Assembly: GCA_973895155.1 (NCBI GenBank)
Contig: OZ316891.1
Span: 22,773,884 to 22,837,883 of the forward strand
DNA length: 64,000 bases
Reading direction: 5' to 3'
Source: Marsupella aquatica
Taxonomy: Eukaryota; Plantae; Marchantiophyta
The translations under genes and the position numbers were made by a program. Shown here piece by piece: positions 46,945-58,853 of this stretch. A model generated the notes under the pieces. That model ran no database searches and was not told where the DNA came from. It saw only the letters and a program-made list of their open reading frames with translations. How positions within the stretch are numbered: position 1 is the stretch's first letter; each line of letters starts with the position of its first letter.

Positions 46945-49371
46945 CTACTTGCTGATCTTAAACTTTCCTGATAACAGCGGCCGTCGAGTGGGAAGTTGAT
47001 TCCTATCAAAGCTTCTTACTTCTCCCGGAGCATATGCGAGAGTACTGTGCCTGTATAACATCACAGGAGAGGGCCCCACTTAGAAGCGTGCATCAATTTC
47101 ACATGCAAATTGAGGCAAGATGCCTTTAGCTTGCCATACAAAGGAGACATTGAGACTAACATTGGAAGAATCAGGTGGTACTTCTGTCTGCAAATGGAGC
47201 TTTCTCTTTTGAATGAGGAGCCCAAAAAACCAAAAGCAATACACCAAATTGAAAAGAAAGAGAGCGACAATCAACCTTCGTAAGTCTTGCCCGGTCAAGG
47301 CTGCCTGGAGTATGGACAAGTTGTCCGAATCAGGAGAGACAATAATGACCGTGTCACCAAAATATTGAGTTTCTAGGATGGACATGAGCTGTGTAACTCG
47401 CACAAGGACATCTGATACACTTTCGTTGGGTGTTCCGTCATTGAATTTTGGTGGCCTTAGTGTAGGTGACTCCAGGTCGCTGGCATAGACCTACAATGAG
47501 TTCACAAGACGTATATCAGCTTACCATCAGGAGCTCTTGAGAATGTTAACATTTGCAACACTGATTGGACATTTTTGCACGACCTAGATTCCAGAACTGT
47601 CCCACAATACGGATTAGTGCCACAACTGTACAGTGTGCAACCTAAATGTACTTGGGTTAAAGGTCGAGGTAAAAAACTCATTGGTGTTCGTACATCATAC
47701 TATCGCTCCATCAACCATGCTATTGTGCTCTCTATGAAATGTACAAATGATTAAGGAAATGTTCTGTGAAGCGCTTCTCACCCCGTTCATTGAATCTCTT
47801 TGAAAACGATCTGAAAACCCCTTCCTGGCCAAGAATTCATTACTGTCTGAAAGAGACCTTCATGCGACCATCAATTGGGGATAGGTGTAAAGAGCATAGA
47901 GACTAACATGTCCCTGGTGACACAGGGCTCTTGAGAGTAACTCACCTCAGTAATTGCTGACAACTCCCGATTCTCATAAGCTCCAAAACCTCTTGCATCC
48001 AAGAAGCTGTACTCCGGCACTATACGACTGTTCTGTGGCCATCCATAAGGACCGACACTCATCAGCGACTTTCCATTGCCATCAAGTGAAAGGGAAGAAG
48101 GAACAAGTTGAAGTTCGCTCCTGCAATGACAAATGCATAAGAATGTAACAGCAAAACCTTTTATTTGCTATCCAGTACGCCTTAGCTAGAGACCTATCAA
48201 AGAGTTTTAACTATCCAACCCTGAATCATAACTGTGGCAGTGACTCAGTGGGTATTTAGAAAATATTTAAACCTAAAGTTTACTCTAAATTCCTTTGATT
48301 GATCGTCATTGTGAAGATTGTGATGAGAAGAAATGTACAGAGTTAAAGTTGCAGTTAGACCTGTAGTTCACTTTATTGACGTACGCAATCACTTCAGCAG
48401 ACTGATACGCCCGTTGAGTGATCGAAGGCCATATCCAACAGGTTCCCTCACAGGCCCCCAGATCCTTGAGCTCGATAGCAGCCCTTGTAGTCTGCCGCAT
48501 ACCCTCATCCGACAATCCACTGTCCACTGAGGTTTTCGACACTGGGTTGGTGTGAATGACACCCTGGCTCTCAAAGAAAGAATACCCAGCCCTCACCAAA
48601 AGGTATCTGTCAAAGCAAGGTCGTCAAACTTCAGCACTGTGGTCAATTGCATCTACCAGGCTCCACCTGTAAGTTCTGTCCATGCGATTTACAATAACCA
48701 AATGACCCGGCGGATGAACTGGCAGGCCTCGCCAAGGTCACAGCTCTGGGCTAGCGTTTCATTTGACATGGCCTGGAACTGAATTTTTCTGGAGGCACTA
48801 GACCAGAGGTTCACCTTTGTAGCTATTGGTTAAACATGTCGGACATGGAGGAGCGGAGGGACAATCAACGTGAAGCAACAAACCAACTTCCAGAGGAATA
48901 CCTACAATTTCTCGATGTCCATCATTCACAGCTAACAAAGGAGATCCAATTCGCATTACGAAGTTATGGAAAAAGTTTGCATTACTCTGGGAGACTCATT
49001 TTTGGGCTCACAGGAACCAATACAGCTGGGCTTACGTACCGGTTATTAAGGGTCTGGGGGGGCATCGACAACAACCCCGCTGCCCTGGCGTGCGGTGGTT
49101 CGGCAGCCAAACTGCCAACAAATGGCAGTAAAGAAAGGTTTTGAGGGCTGACTAGCAGCAGACCAGCGAGACCAGCAGCACATACTCTCTCCGGCAATTG
49201 CTGTTTCGTCTGGTTCTCGTCACCAGGGCCACGAGTAGCTCGGGGTGAAACAATTCTCCACCGACTGCCAGCCAGCTTCTTCGGTTGTAGTGCTAATCCT
49301 CCTGTGTGGCCCCCTGCTCTGGCCCCCAAATCCCACAAACTCGCCCCTCGTCCTTGAAGAAGCTCTGCCAT
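46945..49371 (-). CDS. Phosphoglycerate-mutase/histidine-phosphatase-like protein, probably plastid-targeted; exons 49371-49040, 48606-48361, 48027-47946, 47490-47276, 47050-46945
   Basis: RYLLVRAG, TNPVSKTSVDSGLS, IWPSITQRAYQSAE, IVPEYSFLDARG, ETQYFGDTVIIVSPDSDNLSILQA. All four GT-AG junctions are phase-consistent. Confidence 0.88.
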
Positions 49372-51213
49372 AGCTCGTCTTTTCTCTTCTAAACATGTGA
49401 CAACTCGTACGCTTCGACTTTAGAGTCCAAAGCAGCCTCAACTAGCTCTCCTGAACATTATCTTGTACAAAAAGTCCAGGTCAACACAGACACGACTAAC
49501 ATTCACACTCAATGACCCCAACTAGTGCTTCTTTGGTGAGCATTCCTCCACTAGAGAGCAAGGATGGAGAACTTCTTCGCTTGCAGCTGGTTTTTGTCTA
49601 CACGTGGCTAGCATTAATTTATCTGCCTTCCAGGCTGACCGGTTGCTCAGATGACTTTACGTTTAGGGCCGACTTATGGATCCTTCGTCCAGGAAAGGCT
49701 ATGAGTCCGCCCAGACGAGCAATTGATTTGCCTCTGTTCATCGGAGTGTTGTCTTCTAACGATGAAATGTCCAAAGCCGAGGAACGGGCAATTATGGCTG
49801 CGAAGACCCTATACATCCTAGTGCAAGGGGAACGGAAAGTCTTTTCAAGTTTTTATTGAGCTTTTCAACGTTGAATTATTCCTTGTAGCATTTTCCTGCT
49901 CTTCTGTTTCTTGTGCTACTTTTATTCCGTGTCCAATCGTTTGAGTAAGGCTGTGTGATTGAAAATCAGAGAAAAGGGAAATTGTTATTCCGTCATTCTC
50001 AAGTGGTTGTGTTCCAGTTGTATTTCTATCTTCGATGGAAAACGTCAAGGCTCTCAAAATCTACGCTTTCGTAGCTGCAATACGACTGTCCTGTCAGGAA
50101 GGCCATAGAAAGTGTAATTCCTTCGTCATGAACGTCTTACACTGATGTGATAAGCTTCCTCTTTTGGGCCTTCTGGGCATGACTAGTTCACACATGTATT
50201 TTGCCTCGCAAGGTAGTCACGGGTGCAAATTTTCATGTGGTCATGAGAGTTCAATCAGTAAGGACGTGCTGAAGTGTGTCTTGGGAGCATCAGCACTGGT
50301 TAAAGAGAACAGTTCCAAATAATATCAAATTGGTCAAACAAAGGGGCTCTACTAGCTGCCTTCAATCTTATTTCGCCTACTTTGCGGTCGGAAAATTCAG
50401 AAACGACAAGAACACCTGACTAAGTCCAATTTCCTGAGGAGAGCAAGAACGCATAGTCAGATCTAGCGACATACATCAAGCGTCCTCATGATGAACGGCA
50501 CTTGAAAAATTGCTGTCAAAAGGGAGGGGCGAAACCAATCTTGCTATATGGATATTCCCACAGTTCTATCGTAACGCCGAACGAACGATATGCTGCACTC
50601 GCACAGAAGTCTTGATGATTTTGCAAGAAGGATTGTCAAACTAGTGGAGAGCTTGTCATGGGTGACAACTTGCAAAATAATTCTCGGCAGCGAAGGCGAA
50701 AACGTGAACTATAAATTACATATGAATTTTTATTTAAGGCAGAGACAACATTGACACCAAAAACCAGTCGCAGGACAGCTATCCACTATCGTTACGAAAA
50801 GATTTTTTTCCCCTTAATTAACAGCAATTATATACAGTAAATGCATACAATCAGCCATTACACCATTTCATGAGATGGCCCTGTTCGCTATAAAACGGGA
50901 TAGTGTTCCCTATATCATGACTGGAAGTAGTGCATGGTACGTGGTATTTGCCGCGAACTACCGCTGTACTATAACAATGCTATTAGCGATTAGACAAATG
51001 AGTATCTGGGGGATTATATTTTACGTAATACCCAGTCAGATGACATCCCCGCGCATAGTTTCGTCTCAAATTGACCTCTACTTTCAAAGTGTCTACTATC
51101 ATCATCTGCAAAGTCAAATGCAGAAGCCGACACGCACCCTTCAGCTAAATATTGTACAAGGAAGCTACTCATAGAAATGGAGACAGAATCAACCATCCTA
51201 GAACTGACCAAAC

Positions 51214-52785
51214 TCAGCAATAAGTTGGTCTATCGTAAGTTGTTGGTATAGTCGGGCAAGACTCATCCATATGTGCATAGGGAAGAATGGTATTGTAGTC
51301 TGGAAGCTCCATCAAGTAGCTACCCAAGATCTGACAATAGGGTAGTGGGGAATCCAACGGATTGTTGCACCAGCTGGGTAGCCGTGAAATATCATCTTCA
51401 AAAAATTTCAGCATGTAAGCGTCCCTTATAGTAAACTCTGTTACTTGGATAGATTCAGCCAGTTCTCCAAACAAACCAGCATCTTTGTACATGCCAAGAA
51501 TGAACGCTACACATGTCGTAGATTTCCCGTCACTGTATTCCCAAACATCTTGCTCTGGCATTGCTAGAAGCTCCTCAAAAGGCACTCCTCGTGCCTCAGT
51601 CTCTGTGATAACAGCTGGTAGGTCCAACCCCTCAGTGCCAAGTCGCTTGTTCAAGGCCTCGTTCCACATGTTGGAGGCGTAGTCAGGGGACATTCGGGTC
51701 CACATTGTGATGAAAGACGCTACCAAGTTGGCGTCAATTGGAGGTGGATAATTATCACTCACCGTGTCAATCCAAGCAAAAATCATGTTGTGGTAGCCAT
51801 AAGGCTGCCCATCCATTTTACTGGCATACTCCCACGCTGCAGTGTTATTCCACTTGGCTCTTGCACCAGGATGTAAGGGTAGCAGAGCGATATGAGGATC
51901 TGCAGTATCAGCAATTTGGAAGTCCCACCATTCTTGCCATGGAATCACAGCTATCACCTCTTCTCCCGCCTCATTCTCATGGCCTGACTCGCCAACCCAA
52001 AGACGACCTTCGTCGTCTCTCAGACAAACTGCTGTGTGCCCTGCATAAGCCCCGGTCACCCACTTTTCGAGAGTCTCAAAGCCTCCCCACCTACCTCGGA
52101 GTTTGGACAACGCAAGGAAATCTCCGGACTGAATTTCGTTCACAGTGACGTTTGTGACCCATGGCTCCGAGCGTTTGCTGAACTTAGTCCCCATGTGCTT
52201 TTCTAAGAACGCTATATTGGAGTTCTCACCCCACCCGGTGTTGGAGAAAATTGGGAGGACATCCCACAATGCCAACAAGGTGCCCATCATCCCCGACGGC
52301 ATCATAAATATTGAGAGACCCTTGGTCTTGACGTATTCGAGCTCACCTTCCTCCCATTCCGCAATTTTGAGTGTGTGCTGGCGAGCTGTGAAGTAATAAT
52401 CCCACGTGACTCGGAAAGGCGTGGCAAACACATAAATATCCATGCAAGCCCAGCTATGGGCGTTGCTGGTTTTCAAATGGAGAATTCCACCGCCAACCTC
52501 ATTGCCATTTTTGGGCTCCACAAACTCCATGGAGGCCTCATTCTCATAGAAGCAAGACCCTTTCCAAGCGACTGTGTTGGTGTCGGATGTAACGGAGCCG
52601 ACAAACAAAGGCAAGAGATCCACAGCTTTGTACACTTTGTTAAGAGTAGGCCAGGCGATGCTGTGCGGCAAGACAGGGAGCACATCCGCGGGCCTAAAGG
52701 GTGCCTTGAACGCTTGAGCATCTGGTAAGAGACACAGCAAGCATATGCAAAGGGCTACCAACCTAGACGCTCCGATACTTGCCAT
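51214..52785 (-). CDS. Conserved plant protein, 523 aa, signal peptide, permuted papain-like (NlpC/P60, YiiX-like) signature; intronless CDS
   Basis: Uninterrupted ORF with a hydrophobic N-terminus. SGDFL, GHTAV, GQPYGY and TTCVAFILGMYK place His before Cys. Confidence 0.88.
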   Translation of the reverse strand: MASIGASRLVALCICLLCLLPDAQAFKAPFRPADVLPVLPHSIAWPTLNKVYKAVDLLPLFVGSVTSDTNTVAWKGSCFYENEASMEFVEPKNGNEVGGGILHLKTSNAHSWACMDIYVFATPFRVTWDYYFTARQHTLKIAEWEEGELEYVKTKGLSIFMMPSGMMGTLLALWDVLPIFSNTGWGENSNIAFLEKHMGTKFSKRSEPWVTNVTVNEIQSGDFLALSKLRGRWGGFETLEKWVTGAYAGHTAVCLRDDEGRLWVGESGHENEAGEEVIAVIPWQEWWDFQIADTADPHIALLPLHPGARAKWNNTAAWEYASKMDGQPYGYHNMIFAWIDTVSDNYPPPIDANLVASFITMWTRMSPDYASNMWNEALNKRLGTEGLDLPAVITETEARGVPFEELLAMPEQDVWEYSDGKSTTCVAFILGMYKDAGLFGELAESIQVTEFTIRDAYMLKFFEDDISRLPSWCNNPLDSPLPYCQILGSYLMELPDYNTILPYAHMDESCPTIPTTYDRPTYC

Positions 52786-55700
52786 AATTCCTGCTTTCCA
52801 CTGCGGGCCACTCGTCCTTTCACCCTATGCTGCGCAAGCCGCGCTTTCTCAGTCTACTTGCTCGAAAGATCACCTCTGGTCCATTTCAGAAATTCCCTGC
52901 GCACTGAGCCCAACACAGACCTCGGAAGAATTAGCTCTCGCTTCCTTCTCCCCAATGAGTTCAAATTCGAACAATTCCAATCTGAACTTGGGACATACAG
53001 TACGAAAGCCGTGGCAGACCAAGTCAATTAAGTGGGCTACAGAAGCGTATCTGGAGAACATATCTAATGGTGAATTACGTTTAACAGCAGTGCCTGCCTC
53101 CTTAGGTCTCATTTTCTTGAACTGTGGCTTTCTCGACATTTCATGTCCAGAAAGTTTGGCGGCCTAGTACTTTAGAAACATAAGAGTTTAATGAAATAAG
53201 ATACAATCCTCTTCGTACGATCAAATCAAGCCAATTGTCTCGTTGAATACTAGCCCAAGCCCTAATAATCAGTCTTCAATCCTGCCTCAAGCTGTCCAGC
53301 CAGCCCTCTCCTACAACCCTCGTGCGGGTCACCCAAACGAGATGTGAGAACACAGAATGCTCTCCCTACCGTACGAACCAATCAGTCTTCCCCACCTAGA
53401 CCTGAAACAAGATCCCTCCCACCTCACGAAGTTTCCAGCGAGACAGAAAGCATATCACTTTGTGCATTAATTGCATCATCACACACCAGTAAAACCAAAA
53501 ATAAAATTACAACAAGAAACGACTTCTCACGTTCCTCTTCGACATCTCATCAAGCCAAGGAGAACTCTCAGAAAGGAAAAAACTCACCACCAAGGGAATT
53601 CGTTCTTCATCCTCACCAAATAACAAGCAAATCACCCGGCAATCAGAACAGCATAACTCCTCTCGCTCATCGTGCTAAGAACAAAAAAATCACTCTTTCC
53701 GATTCCCCGCAGCAAGCGAAGCCTTGCAGACGAGAAAATCGCCACGTTTTGGAAGAGTAGCAGAGACGATTAGCTCCCGTCACAAGTCAAACCTCTGCGA
53801 ATATCAAGACCAGCAAAAGCAGGGGGGGAGGGTCGGTACGAGAGGAGAGGAGAGAAGAAACAGAGCACCGACCTCCTCGCCAGACTCCACTGTAATCGTC
53901 AATCAACACTCCTCCATCCGCAGCCAGGCCAAGCCAATCCACGCGCACTAACAATCCGAAGGACTATATGTTCAGTGGTTCGTCAACCATTCCGTTCCTC
54001 CTTTCGGCCCTATCTTCGTCGTCACTCCACCCCAACTCCGCAATCTTCAACTCTCACTTCACTCTTCTCCACTCGATCTCCGCATAACCTTCAATTCACC
54101 TCACTCTCACTCTACTCTGATCCGCTCTTCTACCTCCACCGCTTTCTCGACCATCAGGAAAAGGATCCCAAGCAAGGCATCGAGAAGGAATTTGGTAGGT
54201 CGAGGGAGGCCCCACAAGTAGGAACGTTTTCCCGTCAAAGAACGATTACAATAACGTCGAATCGGACGGACAGAAAAATGCGCCATGTGACACATTTCGG
54301 AGATCGTTCCTTTAATGTCATAGTACCGAGAGCCTAGCAAAATGTGTTTACAATAACAAGATATCGGACGGACAGAAAATCGCCATGTGGCGGATTTCGG
54401 GGATCGAAAGGCCTAAATGGTAATCGCTTTTTTTAATGTTATAGTACCGCGAGGGGACGCTGGAGGCCCCTCAAAAATGATGACAATTAATGACAGTTAC
54501 AGAGATCGGACTGACAAAAATTCATGACTGGTTATCAATTTGTTTGTACGGGTCCACTTAGAGATTTTTGTAAATCTGAAAATTCTCTCAAAAATCCATG
54601 TCACCAATATCCAAAAATCCATGTCACCAATATCCAGCCATTAGATTGTTTGAATCAAATCATCTATATCCATTTTGTGTGTGAAGATTTGTGTGAAAGC
54701 TCGTGTGGCCTCTCAAGTGAAAGGCCTCTCAACTGAAAATGACCTTTCCTACCGTTAGATGTTATGAATCCAACCATCCAGATTCATTTTGTGTGTGAAT
54801 ACTTGTGTGGTCTTTTAGTTCAAAAAGAACTTTTACACCATTAGATGTTTTGAATCCAATGATCTATGTTACTTTTGTGTGTGAAACCTCGTGTGAAAAG
54901 TAATGTCACTTCTCGACACAAATAACTCTATTAAACTAAACCTATACAGGCTTCGATGTTGACAAAACTAGATTATGCTCTTTATGGTGCCTAAAGAATA
55001 AGAAGAACTTGGGCAGTAGGTGGGCTTTGAAAAATCTCCAGGTTGCTTATTAGGTATATTTTAAAAGGAAATATTTTAATTGCAATAAAATAAAATGAAT
55101 AAGCTTGGTAAGCAACATATAAAGCATTATCTCAACCTCTTGACGCCATACAAGTAAAATGGGAAAGAATATTAGAATTAGTTCGTGTACCCCTTGGCTA
55201 ATAAAATCAGGGGGGAAGAGTCGATCTGAGCCGTCTCCATTTCTTATCTCCAAAAATCTTGTCCGTCCATCATAATGGCCAATCTATGGCTCAAAAGAAA
55301 GATCTCAAATAGATCTATGGATGGGTTCTGTCCGTTTTGCAAATGGGTTAATATTTTTCAAATGAAAAATTAAACAAATCCAAGCCTTCCGTAACTCAAA
55401 AACTTTCTTAGGTCTTAGGCATCACGGATGACTCCCCGATCAAGAATTTTTTTCATGTATTTATCAACGGTGAAAAACCGTCAATTTTGTTGATTTTATG
55501 ATCTTTGCCGTCCATTTTGCAATGCCTCTAGAAATCTTATTCATCCATGTTAGAAGGCGATCTAGGGTGCAAAAGAAAGATCTCAATGAGATCTACGACT
55601 GGGTATTTTTTGTTTTGAGAATGAATGAATAGTCTTGAGTATAAAATTCGATGAACTTTCAAGATTCCAGCCATTCCTCCTCCCCGATCCTGGGTTTCTA

Positions 55701-56494
55701 TGTGCTATTCCCAACATTAATGGCCGTACAATACGAGAGGTCCTTACATACCGGGAGTTGCGGTTTAACAAGGAAGTTATCAAGTTAGTTATTATTAATT
55801 ATTTATTATATGAAAAATACTTTTTATAAATCTTTGAATTTAAGTTTTAAAATTGGAAATGTAACTAAAACGGTTACATAGTGACAGTTTTAACCGTCTT
55901 GCTCTTTGCATTTCCAATGTTTTTACTTTTCTTTTTATGGCACGGCGTCCCAAAATTTACACCCAAATTGACACAAACACGAATGAAAACTATAAGTTTG
56001 ATTCACAAAACCGATGAGTCTTGTTTGTTGCGGTTGTTGTTGACGTGGCATGTTGTGGTGCCAGGAATTTTGGAAGGGACCTCTAGTGGGGTCCGTAAAT
56101 ATAAGTAGGAGTGAAAGATCATGAGGAAGGTGGGGCGAATAAGCGAGGGTTTGGTCATGGGAAGCTTACATTGAAGTTTAATGCAAGGATTATTACGGGA
56201 TGTTAACATGTGGAAGGGTCTAGTTATGAAAATATTGTTTTGAAGTGGTATTGAATGTTAGATTTTTGGAATGTAAACTCTAGAGTATTATAACCTTGTT
56301 TTTAAGTTACAACTTGTCAAACAATACTCAAACCCTTGAATATATGTGCCCTCATTTGCAAGGAGCGAGGTTGAGCAACTCATTGACAAGGTCATACAAG
56401 CTCATCCCAGGCTTCATATGTTGGAGGAAGATTTAGCAGAACCATCAGTCGGTAATTACGGAGGGATGGGATTGCACCCTGGGAGCCCTGGGAT

Positions 56495-56990
56495 TGCACC
56501 CTTGTAGATGTGTGTACCAAAATGCCTTGACTTGTAACCTTCCCGGATAACCTTATTTTGATTTTGAAATTACAACTAGGGTCAAACAGTACACTAACCC
56601 TTGTAGATGTGTGTACCATAATGCCTTAACTTGTAGTTACCATATATTGATTTTATAAGTTACAACTGGGGTCAAAAAGTACACCAACCCTTGCAGATGT
56701 GTGTAACATGATGCCTTAACTTGTAACTTTATATTGATTTTGAAGTTACAACTAGGGTCAAACAATACACCGACCCTTGCGGATGTGTATATTAGAATGC
56801 CTTAACTTGTAACCTTATATTGATTTTATAAGTTACAACTGGGGTCAAATAGTACATTGACCCTTGCAGATGTGTGTACCAGGATGTCTTAACTTGTAAC
56901 TTTATATTGATTTTGAAGTTAAAACTGGGGTCAAACAATACACTGACCCTTGCGGATGTGTGAACTATAGTTTATTGCCTTAACTTGAAT
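56495..56990. repeat. About 5 x 90-bp tandem repeat with an internal inverted segment
   Basis: acccttg(c/t)agatgtgtgt..ccttaacttgtaac..gttacaactggggtcaaa repeated. Confidence 0.85.
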
Positions 56991-57917
56991 AATATGATAT
57001 GGACCTTATAATTATAGTACCCAATTGATAATAAACTTAAGTGAATAAATTTTAGGTACAAAGAACTAACTTCTACATTTTTGGAATCCAACAAAGGACA
57101 AATTTCACTTTCTTAATATGTAATATGCTAAGATAACCATAACAATATGAAACAAACTTACAAAAGACTCATCTACCTACCAAGAGCATTGCTTTCTACA
57201 AATAAATTGCAAATTACAAATACTTATAGTTTTGTTAAGATTGCATAAATCTATTGTGTTGATTCAAATAAAAGCTCTAAGTGTTGTGGTAAATAATTAA
57301 TATACTAATATTTGCACATCCATATATGATAATGCTACAAATTTTTAGCTAATCTGATAATTTATTTGAAAGTAAACACTATTATGATAAATACTACATG
57401 TGTAAAAATTAGATTTTTGTTGTAACCCAAGTTAACCAGACCATACATGAGGTTAACTAGGTTTACGCCTACTCAGGTTAGACCACATTAACTGTCTAAC
57501 CGCCTGGCTATTCGATAGCCTATATGTAAGGATATGGAAGGGAATGAAGGATCAGTTGTTCTATACCTTACAACACGTTATCAGCACGATGCTGATTTGA
57601 ATCAAACTTTTTTAAAAATTATCTCATCTTTTCTTCTCTTGAGATAGATTGGCAACCTCTTAGGAAAGGATTGATGGCAGGCGGAGGTGCAGCGGTGGCC
57701 AGATCAACCAAGGGGGATGGAATGTTATAAATCAAGATTACACATTGGACGAATCGGACGATTGAGATAAGAAATTACAATTCACCAACTACAATTTGCA
57801 ATTCCATTTCCTCTTTCTCAAATTTCAACAATGGAACGAAATTGAGATTCGACACCCAAAATACAATTGCAACCTTGTGCTTACCAACAAGAAATTATAC
57901 CACTAGAATCTTGTAAT

Positions 57918-58853
57918 ATGTCAAAGAATTCTATGGAGAAACTCTTATTTCAACCACTCAGCATCGATGGTGCCAACTATTTGTCCTGGACGCTCGATGC
58001 TGAAGCTCACCTAACTTCAAAGAATCTACAGGACACAGTAATAACTGACAATGGCCAAACACTTCAGCAAAAAGCGCAGGCATTGATACTAATTCGACAC
58101 TATTTGAGTGACTCCTTGAAGCGACAGTACATGAACGAATACAATCCGAGAGTCCTTTGGGACGCACTTCAATCACGCTTCGACCACACGCGTACCATAC
58201 ACCTGCTTGCGGCCAGACACGATTGGATAAATCTCCGAGTCCAGGACCATAAAACAATCGCGGATTACAATTGCGAATTATTCCGGATTGTATCCCAATT
58301 GGCCATATGTGGCCATCCCGTTAATGATGACGAACAGATTGAGAAAACGCTCTCTACCCTTCACTCTACAAATCTCATTCTCTCTACCCAATATCGCAAT
58401 ATGCAATTCACACAATACTCCGAGTTGATTGCCCATATGCTCCTGGCTGAAAAGCACCAGCTATTGCTATTACAGAATTCCCAAAAACGACCCCCTGGTA
58501 CTCTCCCTCCAGTCACAAATTCAGAATCCCACTATGTTACAACCCAGAGGGGAGAGGGCTCATCTTACCGTGGTCGAGGCAGTTTCAGGGGGAGAACCAC
58601 ATACAGAGGCTGAGGCAGCTCTTTTAGAGGACGCGGAGGCAGAAGCAACAACTTCAGAGGCAGATCCAGGGGAAGATACCAAAACACCGGCGATAACTCC
58701 AGAAACAATTGGCAGCAAGGCAACTACCAACACCGAGCGAGGACAAATCAACAACAAAGCACTCAAAGAGATAAATACGAAAACCCCTCTACCTGTTTTC
58801 GTTGTGGCACTAAAGGCCACATTCAAAAATTCTGCCGTACACCCGCACACCTG
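57918..58853 (+). pseudogene. Copia gag (stop at 58613, RGG tract, zinc knuckle in a shifted frame)
   Basis: DGANYLSWTLDAE, WINLRVQD, IEKTLST, LLAEK. CFRCGTKGHIQKFC at about 58794. Confidence 0.85.

Noticed and set aside
49512-49859. 115-aa ORF divergent from the PGM-like gene
   Set aside because: No recognisable motif or splice support.
54190-55620. Short repeated segments upstream of the 523-aa gene as defined MITEs
   Set aside because: Repeats are visible, but I could not fix TIR or TSD boundaries.
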